Assembly: GCA_031385045.1 (NCBI GenBank)
Contig: JANNBC010000024.1
Location: 160,001 to 224,000, forward strand
Direction: 5' to 3'
Origin: a bacterium
Lineage (GTDB): Bacteria; Bdellovibrionota_C; UBA2361; CALJRW01
Length of the DNA: 64,000 nt
The position numbers and the translations under genes were made by a program. Each line of letters begins with the position of its first letter. The first letter of the stretch is position 1. Below are positions 7,612 through 16,855 of this stretch, one piece after another. The notes beneath the pieces were generated by a model that searched no databases, was not told the DNA's origin, and saw only the letters and a list, made by a program, of their open reading frames with translations.

Positions 7612-10342
7612 CTTCTAGTCTTTGCCAAGTGCTAGTTCGATCCAGAACTTTTTCTTCTGGAACTTGAGCGGGCTCTGCTTCTTGAGTTTCAGCTTTAAAT
7701 TTTCCTCTGACTGATTTGGCGCCAAGCGGTGCCATCTTGATTGCTTGAAGGAAAGCTTGAACGTGATCGCCATTACAGCGTTTCACTAAGTCCGCATAGA
7801 ATTGATTATCATCCCCGTTGTTTGTGCTGGCCCAATAAAAGGATGCTTCTAGTGGAAGCACTAAGGCAGATTCCCCAATATCTGAAAGCAGATAAAATTG
7901 TGACTCCACGCCCATTACTGTTTTTAGTTGAGTAATCACGCTGGATTGTTGTTCCGATAAGTTGAATGCTTTCGCAGTTAGGTGGAATTTACTTGGATCT
8001 TGTTTTAAGAATATTTTATGAGCGGAGTTCTGAACAATTGCTTGTCCACCTTCTCCCACATAGAAATCTTCCGCTGACTGAGATGCTGCAATAACCATAC
8101 CCTTTCTTTTTCGGTATAATCTAAAAGCAGTTTCAATTGTTTTAGCAGAAGTCTTACCAATTAGATCGTGAGCCTCATCAAAGACTAGTAGTTTTCGGGT
8201 ATCTAATTCATTTGGATCGTTCATTACTTCATCGGCCCAAAGCATTGCTACTTTTAAGAAAACCCTTTGTAGATCAGGGTTACGACTGAGAGATTTTAAA
8301 TCAAATACAATTAGTCTTTCTGTCAGCTCTAGCGCCCCAGCACGATCAAAGAAATTTGAGTAAATACCATCGCCATAATAGTCACTGATTAGGATGGAAA
8401 CTCTTTGTCGTCGTAATGCTTCTTCTTCGTTTTCATCAACTTTTTTTGGTGCGCGTAAAACAGAAATTACATCACTTAAAATAAATTCTCGGCGACGAGC
8501 CCCGTTATAATAAATACGATGAGCTTCAATCAGGGAGTCACGGACAGCACTACGATCCATTCGATCTGGTTGAGTTGTGGCATCTGTCGCCATATCTAAA
8601 ATGACATCAACCGCCATATCAATTAAATCTTTATAATCCTCATTGGAGTTATCTCCTGGTGTTTTACCAAGCCGGGATAAGAAATTCATGGCTGGTGCTT
8701 TAGCGGGAGTTGCTTCGTATATTTTTCCACCAAAGATATGAGCTAATCTTTCAAATCCGCACGGTTGCCCAGTCATACCCTTATCAAAGATAAAGGCGAT
8801 TGGTGCTTTATCTACAATCTCGCCATCAAGTTTTTGAGAATAATGACCGCGCATTAATGTAATAATTAAGAAGCAAAGAAGGTATGATTTACCAGCTCCA
8901 GAGACCCCACTGATTAGCACGTTTGGCGCCATGTTAGAGTCATATAGATCGAAGCCAACTAGTTCTCGGTTCCAAAGACTTGGTAAAATAAAAAGCGGAT
9001 TTTTACTGCCGTGCCAGTTGCCCCAAATTGGAAATAATCTAACTGCGCGAGAGGATCTCATCATTGTTGTCCAGCCCTCACCATCTGTTGTTGGATCGTA
9101 ACAACCAGGTAGGGTGTTCATTAATACTCCCATATCCGAAATTAAATGAGTCATACCACGGGCACCATTTAGTTGTGGGAAAGCTGCCACTGCCTCAGAC
9201 CCAGCACGAATAACCTCATCGGCCGTTTCACAGAAAAATGTTTGGTGAACACCGACTCGGACAATTTGTGAAGTATTGCTGTAGAGTTCTTGGCGTGCAG
9301 CTCGAATGCTACCAATCTGAGTTTGAACTTTTTGGTTAGATCTTCCACCCATTGTCCGTAAGCGCAGACCCATAAATCCATCAATAGTGTCTAATCTTTT
9401 GATCTGTTCTTGAATCGAATCTTTGGAGAAGGTAACTGATAGCAAGTTTTCATATGGTGTTGATTGCAGAGGTGTAATCATTAATGGCAAACAGCGCTTC
9501 GGGGGCTTAACCATCGAAACAGTTCTAAAATAGCGACCATCTTTTTTTATAATTCCATCTTCCGGATGTTCAGCTGGAGTTTCGGAAATTTGATTGGCAA
9601 GTAAGTCAAAGGGATCGTATAAGGGCACTGGCACTGCTGTGTTTCTGCCATGACGAGACTTAGAACCTTTAGTGCTACGGCGGTTTAAGATTGGGTAAAG
9701 TAAGTCAATTAAATCTTGGGCATGAAGCATGCGCGGTGTCATGCCATTGTCTCTTAGCTTGACAACACTACCTTCAATTACTCCACGAAATTTAGAAGCA
9801 TAACCTTGATATTCCTTACGACGCATGGTTGCACTTACACCAACTTTACCTTTTAGTAATAGCTCAATAGTTCTTTGAATTTGTTGTCTCATTCCAATCG
9901 CTCTCCAAGGGGGATCGAAGCGAAAAGCGACAATTAATCTCTGATGTCGGGGTCGACGATGCAAGGCATGGTTTCTGGCCGCAGTGCGAATTGATTTAAC
10001 CCAACGACGAGCCATCCATCCGGCAACTCCAGAAGTTGGAAATGTTGTTAAGGAGGAGCGTAATAAATTTTCAACGTCAAAAGTAGTTGTCCAGATCATT
10101 TGCATGCTGATACTTGGTTCGAAAGAATCAACCATCTCTTGAATGCTATCTGAAATATGAAAGGCCTCTTGATCTGATACTGTTACCAAGATCTTGGGCA
10201 TTACTTCCCACATCGACCATAGTGAGGCATCGGAATTAATAAACAAGCCGTTATCCTCGTCATACTTAGAATAGGCTAGTAGCGAGTTAAAGAGCTCTTC
10301 GTCTTGGTACAGTCGCTTTCTGGTAATTCGGTTAATACTCAT
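7601..10342 (-). CDS. traC: TraC/VirB4 T4SS ATPase
   Basis: 913 aa; Walker A GVSGAGKS, Walker B LLVFDEAH, RKRKG..ASQS, IVQNS, F-type N-terminal region. Confidence 0.9.
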   Translation of the reverse strand: MSINRITRKRLYQDEELFNSLLAYSKYDEDNGLFINSDASLWSMWEVMPKILVTVSDQEAFHISDSIQEMVDSFEPSISMQMIWTTTFDVENLLRSSLTTFPTSGVAGWMARRWVKSIRTAARNHALHRRPRHQRLIVAFRFDPPWRAIGMRQQIQRTIELLLKGKVGVSATMRRKEYQGYASKFRGVIEGSVVKLRDNGMTPRMLHAQDLIDLLYPILNRRSTKGSKSRHGRNTAVPVPLYDPFDLLANQISETPAEHPEDGIIKKDGRYFRTVSMVKPPKRCLPLMITPLQSTPYENLLSVTFSKDSIQEQIKRLDTIDGFMGLRLRTMGGRSNQKVQTQIGSIRAARQELYSNTSQIVRVGVHQTFFCETADEVIRAGSEAVAAFPQLNGARGMTHLISDMGVLMNTLPGCYDPTTDGEGWTTMMRSSRAVRLFPIWGNWHGSKNPLFILPSLWNRELVGFDLYDSNMAPNVLISGVSGAGKSYLLCFLIITLMRGHYSQKLDGEIVDKAPIAFIFDKGMTGQPCGFERLAHIFGGKIYEATPAKAPAMNFLSRLGKTPGDNSNEDYKDLIDMAVDVILDMATDATTQPDRMDRSAVRDSLIEAHRIYYNGARRREFILSDVISVLRAPKKVDENEEEALRRQRVSILISDYYGDGIYSNFFDRAGALELTERLIVFDLKSLSRNPDLQRVFLKVAMLWADEVMNDPNELDTRKLLVFDEAHDLIGKTSAKTIETAFRLYRKRKGMVIAASQSAEDFYVGEGGQAIVQNSAHKIFLKQDPSKFHLTAKAFNLSEQQSSVITQLKTVMGVESQFYLLSDIGESALVLPLEASFYWASTNNGDDNQFYADLVKRCNGDHVQAFLQAIKMAPLGAKSVRGKFKAETQEAEPAQVPEEKVLDRTSTWQRLEDES

Positions 10343-10345
10343 ATT

Positions 10346-10813
10346 TTACTTGGCAAATTGTGGTACTATTCGCTCTGCTGCTAATAACCGAACGTCTTTA
10401 TTAATAGTATCGATCATTACCTTAACATTATTTTCTTGTTCGATTAAGACCCTAAGTTCCTCAGCTGTTAATACTTTATTTACTGAATATTTTCGTTCCT
10501 CTAGGCTTGGAGCGCAATAAAAATGATATTTCAAGGAAGTTGCTAAGGCCTGACCAACTTCACAGAGACTTGTATCTGGCAAATCATAAAAGAATTTTTT
10601 GATAATAATTTTCCGACTAGGATTACTGGCAAACTCTGTATAACCGGGGGAAGAAGATCTAACTGAACGAACGGGATAAAATACTGGAGGACGCTTTGTC
10701 TGTGTCTCTGCTATTGAATATGGTCTCTCAGGTAATGGTTCAACAGTCTTAGCTGAAGTGCAAGCAAATATCCCTAGAGAAAAAATTAAAAAAACCAGTA
10801 ATTTTTTAAACAT
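10346..10813 (-). CDS. lipoprotein in the T4SS cluster (possible DotD/secretin N0-like fold)
   Basis: lipobox IFAC; C-terminal helix/strand pattern SLCEVGQALATSLKYHF...VKVMIDTINKDVRL; fold assignment is tentative. Confidence 0.5.
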   Translation of the reverse strand: MFKKLLVFLIFSLGIFACTSAKTVEPLPERPYSIAETQTKRPPVFYPVRSVRSSSPGYTEFASNPSRKIIIKKFFYDLPDTSLCEVGQALATSLKYHFYCAPSLEERKYSVNKVLTAEELRVLIEQENNVKVMIDTINKDVRLLAAERIVPQFAK

Positions 10814-11241
10814 TACTTTCTAATATAAGGCAAATTAGATGTATTAGTATCACCACGATTTAATTGAGATTCAAGTTCAAAAGCATCTTGCAGATTCCAA
10901 CGATCGTCTAGAATTTTTATGTAATAATAATGCGCAGGAATTAAATCGCCATAAGAGTTTAAGTGATCCGGTACCCACATCAAGCGGACGACAGCGGGCT
11001 TCATTACAGGATTTACTGGTTCTGGTGGCATAGCAGCATTGTAACTTCCTACTTGCTCTAAGACCTCACGAGCCTCTTTTCCTTTGTTGCTCTCAGGATT
11101 CAGTGCGTTGTCGTTAGCGGAGCCTTTGAGTGCTATGTCAGATGGTGGTTCGTAAAAGGGATTGACTACTTTACCAATTGTGCCACAGGAGCAAAGCAAG
11201 CAGACAAAACTAAATAGTATAATTTTCAATTTCATAATCAT
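10813..11241 (-). CDS. traV: TraV-like outer-membrane lipoprotein
   Basis: lipobox CSC; VVRLMWVPDHLNSYGDLIPAHYYYIKILDDRW matches the TraV motif; lies between traB and traC as in F-type systems. Confidence 0.8.
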   Translation of the reverse strand: MIMKLKIILFSFVCLLCSCGTIGKVVNPFYEPPSDIALKGSANDNALNPESNKGKEAREVLEQVGSYNAAMPPEPVNPVMKPAVVRLMWVPDHLNSYGDLIPAHYYYIKILDDRWNLQDAFELESQLNRGDTNTSNLPYIRK

Positions 11242-11345
11242 TTAACCGTTAACTTTCACCAAGTTAATTTTGTAACTTGGCCTAGTCTAAAACCTCAAAT
11301 CTAAGAAGATTTATATTATCTAAGAGAGGTTTGAATTTAAAATCA

Positions 11346-12488
11346 CTAATCTAATGATGCAAATGTTAGATTAGGGTCTTCCATTGATTCAAACAAGCCA
11401 TCAAGTTCAACATTCTGCGAAAAAACTGCTGTCGCACTACGACCTGAAAGTACTTTTACATGAGGCACCAGCATCTTAGAGCGTTCTTTAATATATCCAC
11501 TCCAGTTACTACCTGCCTGTTGCACACCCCTGCCAACTCCATATTCTAAAGCATCACCAGTAACTGCTTGGCTAAATCCACCCATTCCATTAGAATTAGT
11601 CGAGACTTGAGCACTGGAAATACCTTGACCCATTCCAGCTACAGTTCCAGCAATTAATTCTCCTGCTAGAACCTTACCAATTGGATCGATTAAAATACCT
11701 TCCATTCCTCGAATGCCATCTTCGCCTACGATCCAACCATCAACATCAACTACTTTACGAGATCCATCTGGATAGCGCATGCTCATTTTATTAAGTCTAA
11801 ATAGTGCTCTTTGATCAATTAAAGATCCAGTAGCTGCAGCTAAAAGTCTTGCTTCCCCTAATGGCAGTGTCACGCCATCTGGGCCGGTAACATCACTGTC
11901 TAATTGAAAAACAACAGGGAAGGGATCTCCTTCAATTGGAGCATTAACCCCAGCTAAAAGTTTTAAGCGTACAGAGTCACCAGCTGCAATAAAAGCAACC
12001 TTCTTGTCTACAGGCTTTACCGGTGGTGCTACAAGGGCAGCACTATCTTCTTCCCAAATTGATTCTAGTGTGTTGGCATCAAGATTCTCAGGAGTAACTG
12101 CTGCCGCGTTGTAGCCTTTGACAGCATCCGATGATTCTTCCAAGCCACGAACACGCTCAATAACTTTTGCTAAAATTTTAGCAGTTTGCTCTTCAGTTTC
12201 GGTTGTTCTTTCCAAGATCTTTTGTTTGTCGGTTTCTAATTCTTGAATTCGACGTTCTAATTCAGCTTTTTGAGTTAAGTTAAATTCTAATAATTCATTA
12301 CTTGCTTTGTCTGCAGTAGTTGCACCAGTTGTAGAATTGATATCAGCTACAGGTTTATTGCTATATCTTCGAGGTTTATTATCTGCAAACATTCCAATTA
12401 AAATAACCAATACTAATCCAGCAAGAAGTATTTGCCATTTGCGGTCATGTTTAACTAAATTTACAATATCATTAAGCTTCTGCTTCAT
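11346..12488 (-). CDS. traB: TraB/VirB10 core-complex protein
   Basis: TM + coiled coil + LLAGVNAP, GSLIDQRALFRL, DGWIVGEDGIRGMEG; ATG at 12488 behind GGAGG (ORF track start 12500). Confidence 0.9.
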   Translation of the reverse strand: MKQKLNDIVNLVKHDRKWQILLAGLVLVILIGMFADNKPRRYSNKPVADINSTTGATTADKASNELLEFNLTQKAELERRIQELETDKQKILERTTETEEQTAKILAKVIERVRGLEESSDAVKGYNAAAVTPENLDANTLESIWEEDSAALVAPPVKPVDKKVAFIAAGDSVRLKLLAGVNAPIEGDPFPVVFQLDSDVTGPDGVTLPLGEARLLAAATGSLIDQRALFRLNKMSMRYPDGSRKVVDVDGWIVGEDGIRGMEGILIDPIGKVLAGELIAGTVAGMGQGISSAQVSTNSNGMGGFSQAVTGDALEYGVGRGVQQAGSNWSGYIKERSKMLVPHVKVLSGRSATAVFSQNVELDGLFESMEDPNLTFASLD

Positions 12489-12630
12489 TATAACCTCCAA
12501 AACCCATTTTTTGCCTCATTTAAACTTAATTTTGGCAAATTAATTAGGAAATTCGCTCATTCCTAAAACCTATCGGTAATTTCTCTCAAATTGCTTCTAA
12601 CGATTCCAGTCAGAAACTTTCTTTGTCTGT

Positions 12631-12657
12631 TTATCGACTAAAAATTGATTTTATTTA
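12631..12657 (-). promoter_or_regulatory. sigma28 (FliA/SigD)-like promoter upstream of traB
   Basis: minus strand reads TAAA-N15-GTCGATAA (consensus TAAA-N15/16-GCCGATAA) in the traK-traB gap. Confidence 0.55.
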
Positions 12658-12721
12658 GTCTAAAAAACAAATCACCGTTATTTAAAATCTGATACTAACG
12701 TAATATTTTCAATAACTTAAG

Positions 12722-13504
12722 CTATTGAGCTTTTGTAATAACATAAATCTTGGCTCGATGAGAGGCTGCAAGCTGTTGCTCGCTAGTCATCGGTGAAGGG
12801 GATAGTTCCCACCTTTCAGCCATAATCGCTTTTGTACCATCCACTCGGAATGTGGCAGGGTTAATTTGTTGGTTACTAGTTAATAAGTTTTCTACATTTA
12901 AGACATAACCCCAAAAATCTGCACCCATATAAATGCGATCGATGGTTGCCATCATTGTTCCGTCATTTAATATTACTTCACCGGCATGTTGATCACTAAT
13001 TCGGTATCCAGCAATTTTCTTTTTGCCAAATTCAACTGCTAAAACTAATTCTTTCATTAGACCACTAACCGAATTGTTTTGAGCTTCTGGAAATTGTTTG
13101 CGGTAGTATTCTGGCATTTCCTCTTCTTTAGGGATAATAGCAGCCATGCCTGCATTGTCATTAATTGAAATAATATCATCACGCGGATTACTTGGATCGG
13201 CGGGCTTAATTCGTAGTGAATATGATTGCTCGTTTTCTAAGGTTACAATCAGGGCTTCTCCATTTGTACTTAATTCTTCTGTTCCAAAAACAATCAGGCG
13301 TTGCTCTTTTTTATCTACGGTAAGTGGCGCTCCTGTTCTTTTGAATCCTGATTTAATTTCACTGGAAAAGTTAATCTGAGTTGGCTCTCCTGGTGTAACA
13401 TAGATAGTGACTTCAGTATTTTGATACTCAATTTCTCTAGCTACTGCTGTGCTAACAAAGATTAATAGAGATAGTAACGATAGAGTTGTATATTTGATGC
13501 TCAT
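12722..13504 (-). CDS. traK: TraK (F-type, VirB9-like) protein
   Basis: signal peptide; VTPGEPTQINF; C-terminal YMGADFWGYVLNVEN...ELSP...KIYVI; position between traE and traB. Confidence 0.8.
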   Translation of the reverse strand: MSIKYTTLSLLSLLIFVSTAVAREIEYQNTEVTIYVTPGEPTQINFSSEIKSGFKRTGAPLTVDKKEQRLIVFGTEELSTNGEALIVTLENEQSYSLRIKPADPSNPRDDIISINDNAGMAAIIPKEEEMPEYYRKQFPEAQNNSVSGLMKELVLAVEFGKKKIAGYRISDQHAGEVILNDGTMMATIDRIYMGADFWGYVLNVENLLTSNQQINPATFRVDGTKAIMAERWELSPSPMTSEQQLAASHRAKIYVITKAQ

Positions 13505-13506
13505 AA

Positions 13507-14175
13507 TTACTTAATTTTTGATAATTCTAAATTGGTAACAACAATACCGTAGGGATTAAATTTATTCCTTGGCACTGTCGTTAAGTAGACGGTATGCTTG
13601 ATCTCTTGACCTTCATACTCACGTCCTGCGATAAATCTTACCTGTTCTCCAATAAATGTGACACTGACATTGTTTTGATCAATAGCCTGAAAAATAGTTT
13701 TCTCATTATTTGGAAAATATAATTGAGTCCTTTGGGTTTGAACAATCAAATTGAGTTCTGTATTCAACATGTCGGTTTCAAATCTACTAAGCATTGGTTC
13801 AACTAAATAGTTGGATGCTTCGTTAAATTGTCGGGCAGCGATTTTATACTGATACGTTGAAATTAGATTAACGAAATCATTGGCAACACTAATAAACTCA
13901 GTCTGTGGAATCTCTCCAGCAGGATAGTAGCCTGGTAGTGGTTTTGCAGGCACATTTAGGTTAATTTCTTGGTTAGAGTAGAAAAAAATTGCCGCAATAA
14001 TTGCAATCGAAGTTACTAAGATTTGTAATAAAGCAAGACCACGCCAGAGTAAGGCTTGCTCGCGGTAGTTCTCCCAAACTCTAACTGTATCATTCTCCGT
14101 CCGTGCTTCGCGAAATGACGTATCATCAATAATCTGTTTGACTTGTTTCTGAATTTTTTGCGATGGCTTATTCAT
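13507..14175 (-). CDS. traE: TraE (VirB8-like) inner-membrane protein
   Basis: single TM followed by a domain ending NPYGIVVTNL; L-E-K-B synteny. Confidence 0.75.
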   Translation of the reverse strand: MNKPSQKIQKQVKQIIDDTSFREARTENDTVRVWENYREQALLWRGLALLQILVTSIAIIAAIFFYSNQEINLNVPAKPLPGYYPAGEIPQTEFISVANDFVNLISTYQYKIAARQFNEASNYLVEPMLSRFETDMLNTELNLIVQTQRTQLYFPNNEKTIFQAIDQNNVSVTFIGEQVRFIAGREYEGQEIKHTVYLTTVPRNKFNPYGIVVTNLELSKIK

Positions 14176-14569
14176 TAGAGTATTTCTCCTCGTAGATTAA
14201 ATCAAACATGGAATCTAAATCTAGATGGTGATAATCTTTTTTTTCATCAACCTTACGAATCGGCCCACCACTCCATAATGGTTGAATACTAGCAGGTTTA
14301 GGGATTCCAGGTGGGGGAAGCCCAAGTGCAATCATAAACTGATTTGCCACGCCTCTTGTGCCATCCGGAAATTGCTTTCTTAGAGCTGCCATTCCAAAAG
14401 TTATTCCGCATAAGGTGCAAATAAAGATTGGAGTCCCACCTACAGGGCTAATTTGAAAAGCACTACCAATTAACATGGTCATGATAAATCCAGCGATCCA
14501 TTCAGTGACGTTAGCCCCTACAAATGTCCAGCCTTCATTTAAGCCATTAATAACTTCCCCGTTATCCAT
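14168..14569 (-). CDS. traL: TraL-like (VirB3-like) membrane protein
   Basis: small two-TM protein overlapping the traE start; RKQFPDG after the TMs; canonical position. Confidence 0.55.
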   Translation of the reverse strand: MDNGEVINGLNEGWTFVGANVTEWIAGFIMTMLIGSAFQISPVGGTPIFICTLCGITFGMAALRKQFPDGTRGVANQFMIALGLPPPGIPKPASIQPLWSGGPIRKVDEKKDYHHLDLDSMFDLIYEEKYSNE

Positions 14570-14573
14570 GAAT

Positions 14574-14915
14574 TTACTTTAAATTATCAAAAATTTTAAT
14601 ATCAGGGTCGTTCATCACCCCTTCTTTGGAGATACGTGGTTGAGGACTAATAACAACAGTAAGATCGTCAGCAAGTTGGCCAAGTTTGATTCGCCATTGC
14701 TCTTGATCCAAAAGTGTTTCAGCACTGGCTGTACTGGAGCCTCGATCAAACTCTTTTAGTGCCATCATTAATAATTGACGAGCGCGGGAATAATGGCCAA
14801 CGGCTTTGGACAAGGTTGCTCCTTCAGCGACTTGAATACCTTCGGTTTCAGGTTCTGCAAAGACAGGAGGTGCAACTAGGAATAATGAGAGTAAAACCAG
14901 ATAAAACTTATTCAT
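14574..14915 (-). CDS. exported hypothetical protein at the head of the T4SS operon
   Basis: signal peptide ending VFA; 4 nt from the traL-like gene. Confidence 0.65.
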   Translation of the reverse strand: MNKFYLVLLSLFLVAPPVFAEPETEGIQVAEGATLSKAVGHYSRARQLLMMALKEFDRGSSTASAETLLDQEQWRIKLGQLADDLTVVISPQPRISKEGVMNDPDIKIFDNLK

Positions 14916-15202
14916 TTTGGGTCTAGAATATTATGTAAATTTCAAAAAATATTTGCCAATATCGTTAAATTTACTGCGGGCAGTAGCGTGGAATAAACCA
15001 ATGTACTGCCACTAAAACAAAATAAATAGGGTTAAAAAGAATGAATTTTGGCAATGACTTTCGAATAACCCTATATAGCTATCAGATAATAGCTTAGAAA
15101 TGATTCACTAAACAGATTAAATTATTCAAAAATTCACAAATCTAACTATTGATTTTAATAAGCTACTGATATAACTTGAGAACTTGCTTTGAGAGGTTTT
15201 AT

Positions 15203-15688
15203 ATGTATATCGGCGGAATCACATTTCATATCAATAAATCGTTTGCTAACTTGCAACTAGTTCCAGAGAATCGTGGCTTACGGATTGTTTACAAGCCAGT
15301 AATTAATAATGTTGAGGTGACTGAGCACCTAGGATTTATAGATCTATTTTTACCAATCGATGCTGTCGGCGGACTCTGGGCTACAACTAAAGCATTTCTA
15401 TATGCCGTTGAGTCACTTGATGAAAATATTATTTTACAGAGTAAAGAAGCGGGGGAGAACCCCAACGATATTTTAATTAAACTTTATCGTGATAAACCAC
15501 TTGGTGATCAAGGAAAACTTAATGGGCATGAAAGTTGCTGGTTAAGGATTGTTAACGGTCGGAGCGAAGAAGAGCGTCGTAGAATTAAATTAGGACCTCG
15601 TGATTTGCTTTGCTTAGAATTAGCTTGTCAGAGTGTTATGACAATTGCTGGCGCAACAGCCCAACATAATCCACAAAAAATTTCTTAA
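15203..15688 (+). CDS. hypothetical cytoplasmic protein divergent from the T4SS operon
   Basis: GAGAGG RBS at 15191-15196 before ATG 15203 (ORF track start 15176). Confidence 0.7.
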   Translation: MYIGGITFHINKSFANLQLVPENRGLRIVYKPVINNVEVTEHLGFIDLFLPIDAVGGLWATTKAFLYAVESLDENIILQSKEAGENPNDILIKLYRDKPLGDQGKLNGHESCWLRIVNGRSEEERRRIKLGPRDLLCLELACQSVMTIAGATAQHNPQKIS

Positions 15689-15705
15689 AATTTATCCTAC
15701 TGTGC

Positions 15706-15957
15706 CTAGTATTGTGATTGACCTCGGCAGCCTGTTGTAAAACTTCCAAGTGCTGGTGGATAAGTGTAGCAAACTTGATTTTGGCTGTGGTAATCAGAAA
15801 AATCTTTGCGATCATATTTTTGAATTTCTCGAATATGATAAGCTTGACGAGAGTTTACGCTAGTTTCATTTAGCATGCCTAGATGATAGTCACGAGCAGT
15901 ACAGGATGATAACAACAATAACATTCCAATGATAACTAAACGCATATTTAACTCCAA
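15706..15957 (-). CDS. small lipoprotein
   Basis: lipobox LSSC after a hydrophobic stretch; true start probably the internal ATG (MRLVII). Confidence 0.6.
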   Translation of the reverse strand: MELNMRLVIIGMLLLLSSCTARDYHLGMLNETSVNSRQAYHIREIQKYDRKDFSDYHSQNQVCYTYPPALGSFTTGCRGQSQY

Positions 15958-16181
15958 ATAGACCTAGCTTTTCTTGACTAGACTTCAATCATTTAAAAGC
16001 ACTAGACCAGTTATGATAGTCATTTGCAAAGTGTGATGTCAATTAATCAACGGATTTAACTTGAAGCTTAAATAATATCTTACGACAATATTTTAGAAGC
16101 ATTTGTTCAGAAATGCTTGATTATCACAGGTGACAGCTTTAAAGCATAATCATTTTTGAATAATTTATTTAGGTAAATAAT

Positions 16182-16742
16182 ATGTCCTTGCAAATTCCAT
16201 CTGTTGTAAAAGAAGTAATTACTACTGCTGAGTCTAGATTGCCAAAGGTAAAACAAGCTGTCTCTGCATTTTTAGGGCTTGCGGGACTGGTCAGTCTAAA
16301 CAGTTGTGCAATGGATCCATATGCTTATGGGGGGTATCAACAAGCAAGACAAGAGCCACCACGGAGAGCTCAAGAGTTTCAAGAGATGCCCGATATGGCT
16401 TATAATCAAGCTCCATACCAAGGCTATAATAACGTAGGACAACAAAGGCATCTTGTTCCTGGACAGCCTAATCTAAGTATTCAAGAGCAGATAAAAATTG
16501 CTCAGAATCATGCAGCTACTTATGATGCTTATAGTAATGCAGTTAGAGCAACTGCTGATGCAATGAGAGCAAACATTCCACCACGATTACAGAATGAGTT
16601 CACAAGACGAGCTACAGATGAACAAGCAAGAGCGATTACTCCAAGAAATCTTTCATTTCAGGAATATCGGGATCTGGCTCAACTAAAATATGCTCAAGCC
16701 CAAGAGAACCGAGCAGCTTTGAGCGCTCGTGGGTTTTACTAA
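16182..16742 (+). CDS. Gln/Ala-rich putative lipoprotein
   Basis: LNSC lipobox-like motif after a hydrophobic segment; TAGGT RBS. Confidence 0.6.
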   Translation: MSLQIPSVVKEVITTAESRLPKVKQAVSAFLGLAGLVSLNSCAMDPYAYGGYQQARQEPPRRAQEFQEMPDMAYNQAPYQGYNNVGQQRHLVPGQPNLSIQEQIKIAQNHAATYDAYSNAVRATADAMRANIPPRLQNEFTRRATDEQARAITPRNLSFQEYRDLAQLKYAQAQENRAALSARGFY

Positions 16743-16770
16743 ACACCTAATTCAAGAGGCTTATTCTATC

Positions 16771-16806
16771 TTTATTGACCGATAACAATACTTATCGGTC
16801 AATAAA
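16771..16806. terminator. hairpin/bidirectional terminator between convergent genes
   Basis: perfect 15-bp stem TTTATTGACCGATAA / TTATCGGTCAATAAA, 6-nt loop. Confidence 0.6.
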
Positions 16807-16855
16807 TAAATATTGCTAACACAACAATTCGAGAAATGGATACTCTCGCCCATGA

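Noticed and set aside
3410..14915. Integrative conjugative element or integrated plasmid
   Set aside because: No integrase, relaxase, coupling protein, replication gene, tRNA target or flanking direct repeats were seen in the window; it cannot be fully excluded beyond the left edge.
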